A DNA stretch of 64,000 nucleotides from Macrostomum lignano (lineage: Eukaryota). The stretch lies in contig NIVC01003764.1 in the NCBI GenBank assembly GCA_002269645.1, positions 14,001-78,000 on the forward strand. Direction: 5' to 3'. Positions 12,035 through 28,189 of the stretch are shown piece by piece (positions within the stretch are counted from its first letter, which is position 1; the number at the start of each line of letters is the position of its first letter). The notes below the pieces were generated by a model. It was not told where the DNA came from and searched no databases. It worked only from the letters and a program-made list of their open reading frames with translations. A program made the position numbers and the translations under genes.

Positions 12035-12302
12035 GCCCAGTGGCTTTGAATTTACATCTGACTCTCCAGCCATGACCCCCTGGTTCGATTCCCGCGGCCA
12101 CATTCATTTGAGGCTTGTGTGCATGAAAATTGGCTGGGAGTTTTCCTTCGATTAACACCCTTGAAGGCCAAACTCCAAAGGCACAGAAAGTGTGCAATGC
12201 CTGACGATTAGAAAGTCAATGAGCCGCTGTGCACCCTGTGTGAGTGAGTGCCGGCGTACTGTATTAGCGCGCTTGTAATGTGCTCAGGAGTCAGCGGAAT
12301 GG
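12035..12302 (+). mobile_element. tRNA-derived SINE-like element, copy 2
   Basis: Canonical B-box GGTTCGATTCC at 12082-12092; body homologous to copy 1. Confidence 0.65.
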
Positions 12303-12437
12303 ACAGAATTGTCCCACTGATGCTCGTAGGACGTAGTTCGTAGTTTAGTGAATGAGCAAGAGAACTTGCCTTTTTTCTGTCTGCGGGTTGATTGTCATGT
12401 CTTAATCGGAGAGGGGTTACCCAAAATCCTAAAGTAC

Positions 12438-14451
12438 TCAGTCCAAAAACGTACCCAATAAGTTGTCAATCGATCCTTCCGATGTTTCCTTGTCGCTCTC
12501 GTCCATCGCATCCTCTTCTTCAGTTTGTAGTTCGAAAGTCCTGTCTGCATCTTCGATTGTTTGAGACTTATCATGGTCAGTGTCGAACTTTTTGAAGTCT
12601 TCAATTGCGCCCTCATCGTTGTTGTTGACTTCTTTTTCATCCCTGCCAATCCATTCTTGTTGATGTTCCTTTTCTGCGAAATACTCTACGTTCTCGGATC
12701 CACCATCGCTGGCCGTGACATATGAATCGCAACAGGAGCTGCCCATTGCTGTCAGATAGCAGCACCCGGATGATACTGAAGCATGCGAAGACTCCACTGC
12801 CGCGTCAGTGTCCTCCTCAATGATGGGAAACAAGCACCGGCTGCAGCCCTCAAGCCAGCGATTGTTTGCTCGAAGAATCTCTTGAATTCTCAGATACTCA
12901 TCGCGTTCGTCGACGGTTTCATCGTTGTCTTCTTCATCGAGCTCTTCGTCAGAGGCTGCTGCGTCCTCATCCAGATCAGTTCTGCGTGGCAGCGGAGGCG
13001 GCGGTGGTATGAAAAAATTGTCGTCCAACGTTGCGTTTGCATCTTCGACACAGCCAACTGCTGTGCCCCACGGAATAGGGGGCTTCTCATCGCGATGGTG
13101 AAAGCTCATGCTCCATTCCTTGTTCATATCCTCTTCCTCGTCCCAGAGCAAAGCTCTTCGACCTGACGAGGCCCAGTGTCGCGGCGTTGGTGGCGGCTTC
13201 TGCAGCGTTGCTTCTTTCTTAGTCTCAGCTGCCGCCATCGAGGCTCCGCCGAGCGGACTTGACTCGCCCTCGGGTGAATGACGTTTCGAGAAATCATTTC
13301 CCGCGCCTCCGCCGCCCTCTCCGTCTGTATCGTCACGACGCTCATCAGCACCACGGATGCTGCAGCCGTTTATGGTGTTTTCTTTTGCCGTCTCATTCTT
13401 TTGAAGCCGGTTGCGTAGGTTCTCAAGGTCGGCCTTAATTTCAGCAAGCCGGTCAAGCAGCTCGTTGTAGTTCAGCGGCAGCGGCGGTGGCGAAACTGGC
13501 GGCTGTGGTGCCATCTCCAGCTCAGGCGTTCTCGGATTTTCGACCATCGGCGGAGTCGACGGCGGTGAAGCAGAAAGCGGTGGCTGAGCAGCTGCTGGGG
13601 CAAAAAGCCAGGAAAAATAGAGTTGGTACATCGGTTCAGTGCTTCATGTCGCAGCTGGTTGGACTGATTTGGATCATCTAGATTTGATGACTTTGCTAGA
13701 ATTTCCTGGTTCTTCTTTAGACCTAAATTTAACAATGGCTGATGCTGTGTTTGTTCTAAAAAATCATTTACGGACGAGTGATTTTTGCTGCTCAGCTCTG
13801 CATGTTGCTGCGTTGGCTGCACTTTTCGGCCTTCTTCTAACATGATGTTTGCAGTTGCTCCGTTATCAAGCTTTTATCGTCGGGAAAAGGCATTAAACCG
13901 TCTACATTTCTGCTCGTTTTTTGTTTATCTTCTTCAACCTCTCGGTCTGGAAAGCGTACGCCAATGCTGGTTTGCAGCCTGCGCTCAAAAAACACGCTCG
14001 AGTCGATTTTAGAAGCATCATTGATGTCAGACACGGGCGCGACAGACGTTGAGCAGTCGACGCGAAACCAAAACGCTGCGTACTGACGTCTGACAAAGCC
14101 GGCGTAGCTGTGCAAGCAGCGAGGACTCGAGCTGGCATCGCCCAAACCGTAGCGGCAGTCCGTGCCGAGTTGCATACGGCGCAACAGGCTTCGGTTGTAG
14201 TCGTCAATTGAAAGCGGAGATGATGACGGCGGCTTAGTCGGGGGTAGCGGAAGCGTCTGAGCTGGAAGCGTTGAGCTCTCAGATTCTGAATGAAGAGCGA
14301 CTTGGTACTTCCAATTTTCGTCTTTCAATTTTGATGTCTGCTCCGTCATCAGCTGACGCCCCCAACAACCAACCGCCGCTGCGGTAGCCGCGGCCGCTGC
14401 TGCAGCAACTGCTCTGCTGCCAGCCGTCAGAGCTAGGACTTGGCTGAGCAT
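12438..14451 (-). CDS. Orphan low-complexity (Pro/acidic, short coiled-coil) protein, about 670 aa if two 1-nt frameshifts are repaired
   Basis: Three overlapping ORFs (14511-13837, 13843-13472, 13631-12438) join with +1 nt in an A-run (GAT AAAA GCTT, about 13875) and a T-run (GGC TTTTT GCC, about 13605). The span from ATG 14451 to stop 12438 is 2014 nt, and adding 2 makes it a multiple of 3. No recognisable domain. Confidence 0.5.
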
Positions 14452-16779
14452 GACGGCTCCGCTTCTGCCGTTGCCGTCATTCTCTCGCAAAAAATTGTAG
14501 AAAAAAAGCAAATCCGAAACGAATCGAAAAATCTGTCGGACCGACTGACAATCAGTTTTGACAGTTGCTGCTGCTGCTGCTGCTGCACTTCCCTGCCTCT
14601 CCGTATTGCTGCCTTTCTCTAGTCTTTAAAAATAGAACAGAACAGAAGGGGAGGTTCGCTATGTGCTTCCCCAATCCAATCAACCCCACTCCCATACTCT
14701 TTTCCCTCTCCCTCCTCGCCCTTCTCCAAACCGTCCTCCGTTCTCTTCAAGCGCAACTTGAATCTCTTCTCAACGGCGTTTTCCTTTCCCTGTGTCTCCT
14801 GTCTTACCCTTGGCGCCGCTCACAATGCCTTTAGCGACTTCCCTCCCTCTCTCCTGTAATGGCACTGCAACAGTGTGCGAGCACCATTCAGTCTCTTGTC
14901 GGTATTTCCCGGCCCTGCTTTTTTGCACTGAGTGTACACTGATTAGACTGGAGATATATTTTTCTATTATTCAGTCGTGTTCCATTGTGTTTCTTTTTGC
15001 TACCCAATGCGGCCACTAGAGCAGAAAAATTAATAACCGAGACAGATTCTCTGTATCGTCCTGGTCGGTGGTAGCACCCTGAGATACAGTGCAAATTCAA
15101 TGGACACTCAGCTAATGTGTGCATTTTCCTACAAGGGAGGAGTGGGGAACTGGAGAATGGAGCCGTTCCCTCAAATATGAGCGACCAACCCCTACCACCC
15201 CAGAGCCTTGCCTACGTCAACAAGCAGATATAATACAGTACAGCCGTTACGACCGCCCACCCCACCCCCTGTCGTAGTTGAGCTAATGCACAACGGAAGT
15301 AAAGTTGATATATATAATGGCCTACACATATGCTATTGTAATGCGCTATGTAGAATCAGCAGCGCTTGCCAATGCAGGCGTCAGCAGTCACAGAGGCCAA
15401 CTAACTGCGACAGCGTATGGCTTTAGTTGAGCGAAAAAAACCCGCCAACGCCCGGGCCATGTTTGACGCGGGTTGATCTGCGAGTGCAAAAATCACGCAT
15501 CAAGCTGTAAACAGTTTAACTGTGCATATGGCTCGGGTGACTTTAATTTGGAACTCTTTTTTCTCTCTACTAGATCTGAACTCTACCTCGCATTTTCACT
15601 TCGTTCCGCTTGTGTGGTCCGCTGCCGGGAGGGTCTCGCCGTTGTAAAACCAACAAAGCGGAACGGAATATTTTTGCTTTCCCTACTCCCACCCCCCCCA
15701 ATCTCTACGAGTCCTCGCTGGTTGAAAAAAATGAAGACGAGAAGCAAGGAACTTTTTCCTATAGTTAAGCCAAGGAGACCGCTTAGCATGAAAGTCTGGG
15801 TGGTCTGGGTGGTTTTTTTAATGCACGATTAAGGCCAGTATTGATCAACTTGCGATTCTTGAGGCAGTGTAGCCTATGAGCTAATCAAGTTGTTGCTTGA
15901 GTTGCTACTCCAAACTCTTGTACAGGATCTCCTTGAGTAAGTAGCTCGTGAAACCAACCGGCAATGCATAGCGGCGTCAACTTTGACAAACAAGGAACGG
16001 TTGAAATTTTAGGGGGGAAAGAAAGACGATCAAGTGCCTGTCGATTTTTGTTTGCTCGCTTTTGATATGGGAGCGAATGAAATGTAGCCATAATTCGACG
16101 ATTGGGAATTGGCAGCTTTTACCTCCCCGTGTAGCAAATGTCGATTATGACTTGAAAAAAGCGAAGCAAAATTTAAAATAAAGCCTGCAAACCATTCTAT
16201 CTGGCTTCAATAGCCTCTATTTACGAGTTATTTCGTAACAGTGACCTTTTTTGAACTGAATGCATTAAAAACGGAAGTACACATGTACTTTAAGGATACA
16301 GAATCGGTTTGCTAGTCTTACAGTCAACCTGCAACCAGTGAGACAAGCCTTCCTGCTCGTAAACAAACTCTCACACGGTGTACATCGGCCCTGACTTTCT
16401 GATTGTCAGGGAATGTGCACTCTCTGTGCCTGGGGGGGGGGGTTGTCCCTCTTGGGTGTTTATCACAACAACCCCCGAGACCAATTTTCGTGCATGAATG
16501 TCACGTGAATGTCGTCGCATACGGAATCCAGCCGAGACGTTTATGGCGTGGAGACTATTGTCAATTTTGCTTTCATTGAATAGTCATTTTAAAACTGTTT
16601 CCAATTAAAAGTACTTTTGAATTATTTTTTAGGCAAAGATACATTTTTTTAAGCACTATTCAATTCCTAGCAATTGGGGCGCCCAAAAAGCAATTAGGCC
16701 TAGGGACTAAAATTATTTATGTGAATCCTACTTGCCTTAACATCTCAGCAATTCCCCCATTAACCCTTGCCCGTACCAT

Positions 16780-17489
16780 TGAAATCTTATCAATTCCCCC
16801 AAAAAATCCTTGACATCTCAGTAGTTCCCCCAGTAAGCCTTGACATATCAGCCATTCCCCCAGTAAGCCTTGAAATCAAAGCAATTCCTCCAGTAAGCCT
16901 TGACATCAAAGCAATTCCCCCAGTAAGCCTTGACATCAAAGCAATTCCCCCAGTAAGCCTTGACATCAAAGTAATTCCCCAGTAAGCCTTGACATCAAAG
17001 TAATTCCCCAGTAAGCCTTGACATCAAAGCAATTCCCCCAGTAAGCCTTGACATCAAAGTAATTCCCCAGTAAGCCTTGACATCAAAGCAATTCCTCCAG
17101 TAAGCCTTGACATCAAAGCAATTCCTCCAGTAAGCCTTGACATCAAAGCAATTTCTCCAGTAAGCCTTGACATCAAAGCAATTCCCCCAGTAAGCCTTGA
17201 CATCAAAGCAATTCCTCCAGTAAGCCTTGACGTCAAAGTAATTCCCCCAGTAAGCCTTGACATCAAAGCAATTCCTCCAGTAAGCCTTGACGTCAAAGTT
17301 CCTCCAGTAAGCCTTGACGTCAAAGTAATCCCTCCAGTAAGACTTTACATCAAAGCAATTCCCCTAGTAAGCCTTGACATCAAAGTAATTCCCCCAGTAA
17401 GCCTTGACATCAAAGCAATTCCCCCAGTAAGCCTTGACATCAAAGTAATTCCCCCAGTAAGCCTTGACATCAAAGCAATTCCCCCAGTA
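16780..17489. repeat. 30-bp minisatellite (CCCCAGTAAGCCTTGACATCAAAGCAATTC), with 29-bp variants
   Basis: About 23 copies; explains the PPVSLDIKAI and SRLTGGIALM ORFs. Confidence 0.95.
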
Positions 17490-18272
17490 ATTATTCAATT
17501 ATATCTAGCAAATAAAACTCCAGTCAATATGCTATGCAGTAAGCTCTAGAGCCGGCACAACAGACAGGTGAATTATTTATTAACAAAGTTAATCGAAGTG
17601 CTTCTACTATTGTAGCCTTCCGTGCACTGTGGTAAACCGCAACTTTGATGCGATTTAATTTCGACTCTCAAATCAGTCCCCTATAAGACATCAGAACTTC
17701 TTACTATAGGAAGACGGCGGCACAAGAGTGACGCCATCAACTGGCATCAGCCAACTCCCAGCGGTGCAGTCAGTTGAGGCGCGCATATCATTAATTATTT
17801 ATGAGGCTCTGAAAAAATCTGAATCCCTCTGTGAGACTTGCAACGAAATAATTAAAGACGGCAGTCAATTAGAGTCGTCAGGAACATAAGTCCCAAAGGG
17901 CGAAGTACTGATCTCGCACACATGCAATTTTCTATTTTTGCTTTATCATACTACCAAAACTTAAAACCGAAGTAGTAGTATGTTGAGTGTGTTAGTATGC
18001 CTACGACTGCAAGATTTAATAATTTCTCACTTTGTTCTTATCGAGTCGGCCCCAGCCCGTGTCTCGCATGCACAACTCACTCAAAGCGAGAGAAAGTGGT
18101 GTTCGTTGATAGCACGTAGGTGGGTCGACCGGCGAGTTTTATCGGGTTCAAAGTGCAACACCAAACTGTAATGCTTTAAATACTCTGATAGATACTCTGG
18201 TCCTGAGTTCAAAACTAGCTGCTAATCATTACGTGAAAGTGTCAACGGAACCTTGCACGTCCATTCGTCGTC

Positions 18273-21200
18273 ATGGCCGGTTCTTCCTCTGGCGCTCGGC
18301 TGTTGCTTTCGTCGCCGAAAATTGCACGCAACCTGCTGAGCTTGTCGATGTCATTCCTGCTGATGTTCACCAGCTACCAGGGCCTGGCATCGTTGCAGAG
18401 CTCCATCAACTCAGTTGGCGGCCTGGGTACGGCGGGCCTGGCGGTAACTTACGCTTGCGTGGTGCCTTCGTCGCTTCTGGTGTCGCCGTTGGCTTTGGAC
18501 TGGCTGGGTGCCAAGCGGACAATGCTGCTCGGGATGCTGGGCTACGTCATCTATTTCCTCCTGAGCTTGGCGCCTGGCTGGGCCACCATCATACCCGGCT
18601 CGGCTCTGCTGGGTCTGTGCGGAGCGCCGCTCTGGGCTGGAATGAGTTTGTACACTGTGCAGCTCGCTGCCATTGCGGACGCCGAGGCTGCGGCTGACGA
18701 CAAAGGACGTCAGAATAATGGCGATAAAGGCGGCAAAAAAGTTGCCACTTTGCCAGTGTTCTTCGGAGTCTTCTTTACAATAGTTACCAGCTGTGAGTTC
18801 TCGCGCTATCGGCCGGGGGCTGTCGTTTCTGACCACGGTACGATCTTGGCAAAGGCGTTGCGCCAGGGAGTTCCCTCAGACCTGTAAATATTGACAGAAT
18901 TTACAGTAAGCGCTTTCTTGCTGGCTGGGTTTCGACTGCCTTGTAGATTTGCGGCAGTGCCCAACGCACTCTGGTGAACTCGGGAACTATTGTAATTAAA
19001 TTTCATCTTTGGTGGACATGGATTGCCAAATATACAAAAGCTATGATTTTTCACCAACCCCAGGCAATATTTGGGGCAACTTGATCTCATATTTGACGCT
19101 GGTGGATCGCAGTGATGGAGGCGTCTCCAACTCAACAGCCGCTATCAGCAATTTCAGCTGCGGCTATCGCTTTTGTCCAGCGAAACCGGCTGCTGGAGCA
19201 GAAGCACCCACCAGCGACGCCGAAGTGGAGGCGCTTGGACCCGGCGGGCTGCCCGCTGTGAAGGTGTGAAAAATGCCGAATTTAAGATTAAAGAAGAAAG
19301 CTTATTTCAAACTTTTTAACTTCAGTCCCCATGAGTGCACTACAGCAATGCATACCCACAGCACCATTGACAATTCTAGAGCACCACTGACATCCCAGAG
19401 CACCACTGACAATCCAGAGCACCACTGACATCCCAGAGCACCACTGACATCCCAGAGCACCACTGACATCCCAGAGCACCTCTGACATCCATGGAGCACC
19501 TCTGACATCCCAGAGCGCCCAGAGCACCACTGACATCCTAGAGCATCACAGACATCCCAGAGCACCACTGACATCCCAGAGCACCACTGACATCCCAGAG
19601 CACCACTGACATCCCAGAGCACCACTGACATCCCAGAGCACCTCTGACATCCATGGAGCACCTCTGACATCCCAGAGCGCCCAGAGCACCACTGACATCC
19701 TAGAGCATCACAGACATCCCAGAGCACCACTGACATCCCAGAGCACCACTGACAATCCAGAGCACCACTGACATCCCAGAGCACCACTGACATCCCAGAG
19801 CACCACTGACATCCATGGAGCACCTCTGACATCCCAGAGCGCCCAGAGCACCACTGACATCCTAGAGCATCACAGACATCCCAGAGCACCACTGACATCC
19901 CAGAGCACCACTGACATCCCAGAGCACCACTGACATCCCAGAGCACCACTGACATCCCAGAGCACCACTGACATCCCAGAGCACCACTGACATCCCAGAG
20001 CACCTCTGACATCCATGGAGCACCTCTGACATCCCAGAGCGCCCAGAGCACCACTGACATCCTAGAGCATCTCAGACATCCCAGAGCACCACTGACATCC
20101 CAGAGCACCACTGACAATCCAGAGCACCACTGACATCCCAGAGCACCACTGACATCCCAGAGCACCACTGACATCCCAGAGCACCACTGACATCCCAGAG
20201 CACCACTGACATCCCAGAGCACCACTGACATCCCAGAGCACCACTGACATCCCAGAGCACCACTGACATCCCAGAGCACCACTGACATCCCAGAGCACCT
20301 CTGACATCCATGGAGCACCTCTGACATCCCAGAGCGCCCAGAGCACCACTGACATCCTAGAGCATCACAGACATCCCAGAGCACCACTGACATCCCAGAG
20401 CACCACTGACATCCCAGAGCACCTCTGACATCCATGGAGCACCTCTGACATCCCAGAGCGCCCAGAGCACCACTGACATCCTAGAGCATCACAGACATCC
20501 CAGAGCACCACTGACATCCCAGAGCACCACTGACATCCCAGAGCACCTCTGACATCCATGGAGCACCTCTGACATCCCAGAGCGCCCAGAGCACCACTGA
20601 CATCCTAGAGCATCACAGACATCCCAGAGCACTATTGACATCCTCAGTCCTTTTTCATCCCTAGTCCACTATGAGTTGTTGTTAATGACAGATGGAACAC
20701 TTTTCGAATATTATGTAGCCATCTTTACTCCGTTAAATTAAATATCCATTTCAGTTTTACACACTGATGTCCTGTTTCATCGCAACAGCAGTGGTCTCCG
20801 TGCTGGTGATGTTCTTCCTCGTAGATCGAAACGATCCACCGAAAAACGAGGAGCCAGTCAAAGCCGGAACGCAGCAGCAAGTCTCTCAACTGTTAGAGAG
20901 GCTTCGTAAAGCGCTGGCTCAATTGGTGGATCCGAGGCAATTGCTTCTGGTGCCTTTGACCATCAATGCTGGACTGTCACAGGCTTTCTCACTCGGTGAC
21001 TTTACTGAGGTTTGAGACACGCGAAGCTTAAGTTGTTTAATCGACCCGTATCGTTTGCCTGACATTGATGTACATCGCTGGCGAATGGGTATTTTTACAT
21101 TACGTCGGCTAACGACAAGGTTATACGGCGGCAAAACGTCAGTGTAGCGTAATACGAGCTAGTACCCACTTCGAGTGGGTTTTCTAATAGCCCCCTTTAG

Positions 21201-23338
21201 AAAGTGAAGGCACATGTAAATATGAAGTTAGTGGGTGCCTGACACACGTTTCTGCTAGCGGAATGGTTAACGAAAGACGACCTAAATTTAAGTAGAGCTT
21301 CTTAGAAAAACGATTTAAGGTTGTCGTTGTTTTAGTTTTTACGATACGAGATATAGCTTGCCCTCATCAGTTCGTCACTAAAAAGTAGGCCGTTAAATGC
21401 CATAAAAGTTGACCATTTACGAATGTTCTTCCTACGTAGTCTGTTACGTAATCGTAATCTTTTTTCAATACGTAGTTCTATTTATTTTTGTGTTTAAAAA
21501 ATGAAAAAGGTTTATGGAATTCGATTGTATTTTTCCAGTATTTTAAGTCGTCCCATAGAGCAACCGCAGCTCCATGCAGAGAGAACAATTAATTCATGCC
21601 ACCCGTTCGAAAAGCGCAGGGTTTCGTAGCCTGCACCTCGGGCATCGCCTCCGTCGGCCTGGTGATGATCAGCTACGGAGTGAGTCAGGTTGTGACCGGA
21701 CTGCTTGCTGGACAGGCTGCGGCTCGAGTTGGCCCAGCTCCGGTGCTTCTGAGTGGTGAGAAGGATCGAGAAAAATGAAACTTTGTTATAAGCTCGCATG
21801 TCACTCGTGCTATGGTGTCACTGTCTAATCGCATTCGGGTATTTTCTGGTTAAACAGTTATAGGTGCGCTCGTATTGAAGTTCCAACTTTTCGATATTTT
21901 CGATAGTTTAAATTCGATCGATACAGGGTATTTTAAAGCTATTTATTAGAAAATTTGCGCCTCTTAACCAAACAATTTTAGGTCACTCAATCAAGCTCTT
22001 TTAGATCACTCAATCAAGCTCTTTTAGGTCACTCAATCAGGCTTTTTTAGATTACTTAACCAGGCTATTTTAGGTCACTCAATCAAGCTCCTTTAGGTTA
22101 CTCAATCAAGCTCTTTTAGGTCACTCAATCAGGCTTTTTTAGATTACTTAACCAGGCTATTTTAGGTCACTCAATCAAGCTCCTTTAGGTTACTCAATCA
22201 AGCTCTTTTAGGTCACTCAATCAGGCTTTTTTAGATTACTTAACCAGGCTATTTTAGGTCACTCAATCAAGCTCCTTTAGGTTACTCAATCAAGCTCTTT
22301 TAGGTCACTCAATCAGGCTTTTTTAGATTACTTAACCAGGCTATTTTAGGTCACTCAATCAAGCTCCTTTAGGTTACTCAATCAGGCTCTTTCAGGTCAC
22401 TCAATTAATCTGTTTTAGGCAACTCAACCAGCCTCTTTTAGGTCACTCAAACGGCTTTTTTAGGTCACTCAATCAGGCTCTTTCAGGTCACTCAATTAAT
22501 CTGTTTTAGGCAACTCAACCAGCCTCTTTTAGGTCACTCAATCAGGTTCTTTTATGGCACTCAATCAAGCTCGTTTAGGCAACTCAATCAGGCTCTTTTA
22601 GGTCACTCAATCAGGTTCTTTTATGGCACTCAATCAAGCTCGTTTAGGCAACTCAATCAGGCTCTTTTAGGTCACTCAATCAGTCAGTTTCGGATCACTC
22701 AGTCAAGCACTTTTTGGTCACTTGGTGTGAAAACTATGTTTACTCAATAAAATATATTGGTGCTATCAGGATTACTTAATCCACCATTTATTGTTTGTTC
22801 AATCATGGTAGATTAAATATTTTAGCTTTCTTATTATTCTCGCAAAAAATTTCTAGCACTAATGGGTCTGCTAGCGATGGAAGTCGGCTCGCTGTTCTGG
22901 GAGGTGCTTCCACAGCCGGAGTGGCCGCTGCACGGCATGGCTGTCGCCTGGGGCGCCGTGGACTCCGTCTGGGTGACGCTTCTTAACGGTGAGATTGTGG
23001 CTTCATTATTGACTTTGCCACTACTAGAAATTTTAGCTCGTTTATGAAATGAAATTATGAATTATGAAACTTCAGCCCTCTACGGCGAATACTTTGCCGA
23101 CAACGCTGGGGCGGCGTTCTCCGCTCTCCGCCTCTGGCAGTCTCTTGGCTTCATCATTGGCTTCTCATACAACAAGCTGCTTTGCATCGAGCAGAAGTTG
23201 TACGTCATGATTGGTTTGCTGGGTCTCAGCGCCGTTACCTTTGTTATCTGCGTCCTGATCAACAGGCGTAAGACAATTCAGGTCATTGCACCGCTGCAGA
23301 CAGCCGATTCCGAGAAACAGTTGAGCGAAAATGATTGA
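18273..23338 (+). CDS. UNC93A: UNC93A-like MFS membrane protein (6 exons)
   Basis: Exons 18273-18792, 19064-19263, 20755-21009, 21620-21755, 22857-22988 and 23076-23338 all have GT-AG boundaries with matching phases (1,0,0,1,1). Motifs include FLLMFTSYQGLASLQSSIN, GLCGAPLWAG, NIWGNLIS and AFSALRLWQSLGFIIGF, typical of the UNC-93 family. Confidence 0.9.
19361..20643. repeat. 19-bp minisatellite (CAGAGCACCACTGACATCC) with higher-order cassette, in UNC93A intron 2
   Basis: About 65 units; a variant cassette recurs with a 124-bp period near 20291-20640. Confidence 0.95.
21982..22690. repeat. 23-bp minisatellite (TTTAGGTCACTCAATCAAGCTCT) with 92-bp higher-order repeat, in UNC93A intron 4
   Basis: GATTACTTAACCAGG recurs at 22050, 22142, 22234 and 22326. 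Confidence 0.95.
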
Positions 23339-23535
23339 AGTGAACAACAAACTCCAGCTTTCTCCAGCTAATTTGTTTATTTGTTTGTTCCTACGAATTG
23401 TAACAGTTTTATTGATGCTTCTAAAAGTATTTACTTTGAAATTTAAAAAAGTAAAACTACAAGCTTAAAAAATTTTATTCATAAAATCGGTTCGAATTTG
23501 GTTTCCATGACAACCACGTCCAAATCGATATAAGC

Positions 23536-26382
<2,847 letters not shown>

Positions 26383-28143
26383 GCTTTGCTGTTTCTTGTT
26401 TGAGTAAAAATGTTTGAATAAATGTAGCAGCACTGGAAGCTTCTGTCTCAATCGCCACCCTGATGGGATGGTGATTATATACTCCGTGCTCGTAAAAATA
26501 CTCACTATTGGTGGGGTCCGCTCTGCCATGCAGCTCCCCACTTTATCAGGACGGCAAGTCAGATCTGCGAGCAACTCAGATAGATCCACACTGAATTGGC
26601 TGCTGGCCCACAAACCAATTCATCTCAGAAGAAATCCTAACAACACATGTAGCCATTCCAGTATATGTGGGCATCAATATTTTATGATTAGATCTTGTGG
26701 AAATGTAGGGCTCCACGTACGCTACATCTGCATGCGGCACACAAGTTATAAACATCTTTACCTTGTGATGCATGCATTGACCACTCTAGGAATATTTTAA
26801 GTCAACTATAATAGCTATTGCTGAGCCATAAAGCTCTAGTACATTTATTACTTGTCAGATGCTTTTACACGAATTTACACAATTTTCATGGCACGTCACG
26901 TGATGACTTCCTGCCATGTGGTTTGACATGTACGCAAAAATACCCAGAATATTTTGCCGATAAAAATCATTTCCTGGTCTATAAATTACGGCTGAATCGA
27001 CCCAGCATTTTATTGTATGATATTTATGGGCACACACCAAACACCACAATTTGCCTCTCTGTTGCAGGCCACTCAACTGAAGCGCATGGCGCCGCTCGAA
27101 AGAAATGGCCAGTGCCATTAAGTAAAGTCATGCTCGTTTCTGGTGGCATCAGTTTTTAGCATCCCCAGCAGCAGCTGCATGTACATCTTGCTTGGCTAAT
27201 TCTCACCGGCGAACCTACTATGAGTTATACATCAATTATAAATAGAAAGTAAATTTACCTGTACCAAGAATCTGTACATGCACATGTACAATGTAGATGT
27301 ACATGTATGTATATTTATCGAGTCTCTGTGGTGAAGAAATCGTATGTAACATTGTCGAATTTTGTTAAGGTCAGACCGATCGATGTATTCAAAATTCAAA
27401 TAAATGCTTTATTTTACACACGCAAAATGCATATCGACCAATCATAACTGAAGATGATGTACAGAAGTAGTAAAACGTATCAGCTACTGTAGTCAATTTC
27501 CAGGCCTTCACTACTCCTGTATGTTTAGCAAAATTGGTGCAGTTACTAATAGCATTGGCTAAGAGTAAAAGAAGCTTGCACATATACAAGCGCATTTACA
27601 TGTATAAGATGTACTTAGTGGCACCAATAAAGTATAAAAGGCATTTATTAGTAATTAAACAGATGCTGTCACAGGATTCAGTAGCATTGCTTAGCAGCAA
27701 TAATAAGGCAGAACAGTACAATATGTTCAATTCAGTCCTCCATGCTTCGAAGTATACGGAACTAAACTTTTATATCTATCTCTTAAACTTATAAATTAGC
27801 CATATATATTAATAAATATATAGCTGTACATGTACAGTCTCATCCATACATTGAACCAGTCTGTTTAATGTTTAAGTCCGGATCCGATATTTTGAATTGA
27901 TTTATACAATGTTGGATATTCAGCTAAACAAAAATCTGCGAAACAAACTGTTTTTAAGCGCAGCATCTAACCAATAAATTCTGAATATTGAATGATTTTT
28001 GGCGGAAACGGAAAGGAATTACGATTTTTATAACTAAAAGCAAAATCTTTTATCTTATTTTCCTAACTTTCTTACAACGTACATTTGTAGCGTGCGTGAT
28101 ATAGGTTCTCTGCTTTCACATTCGCACTCTAGCGTTTGCCTTC

Positions 28144-28189
28144 TATATATAAAACAACGTGTTTAGCTATCAGCGCGTTACGTATAAAA
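28144..28189 (+). promoter_or_regulatory. Candidate TATA boxes upstream of ferritin
   Basis: TATATATAAAA at 28144-28154 and TATAAAA at 28183-28189, about 80-120 nt before the ATG; TSS unknown. Confidence 0.35.

Noticed and set aside
10973-12100. Bona fide tRNA genes
   Set aside because: A/B boxes are present, but no complete cloverleaf could be folded and the heads are fused to a shared non-tRNA body, so SINE is the better call.
19302-20435. Cys/Trp-rich 377-aa ORF (keratin-associated-like)
   Set aside because: Antisense translation of the 19-bp minisatellite inside an UNC93A intron.
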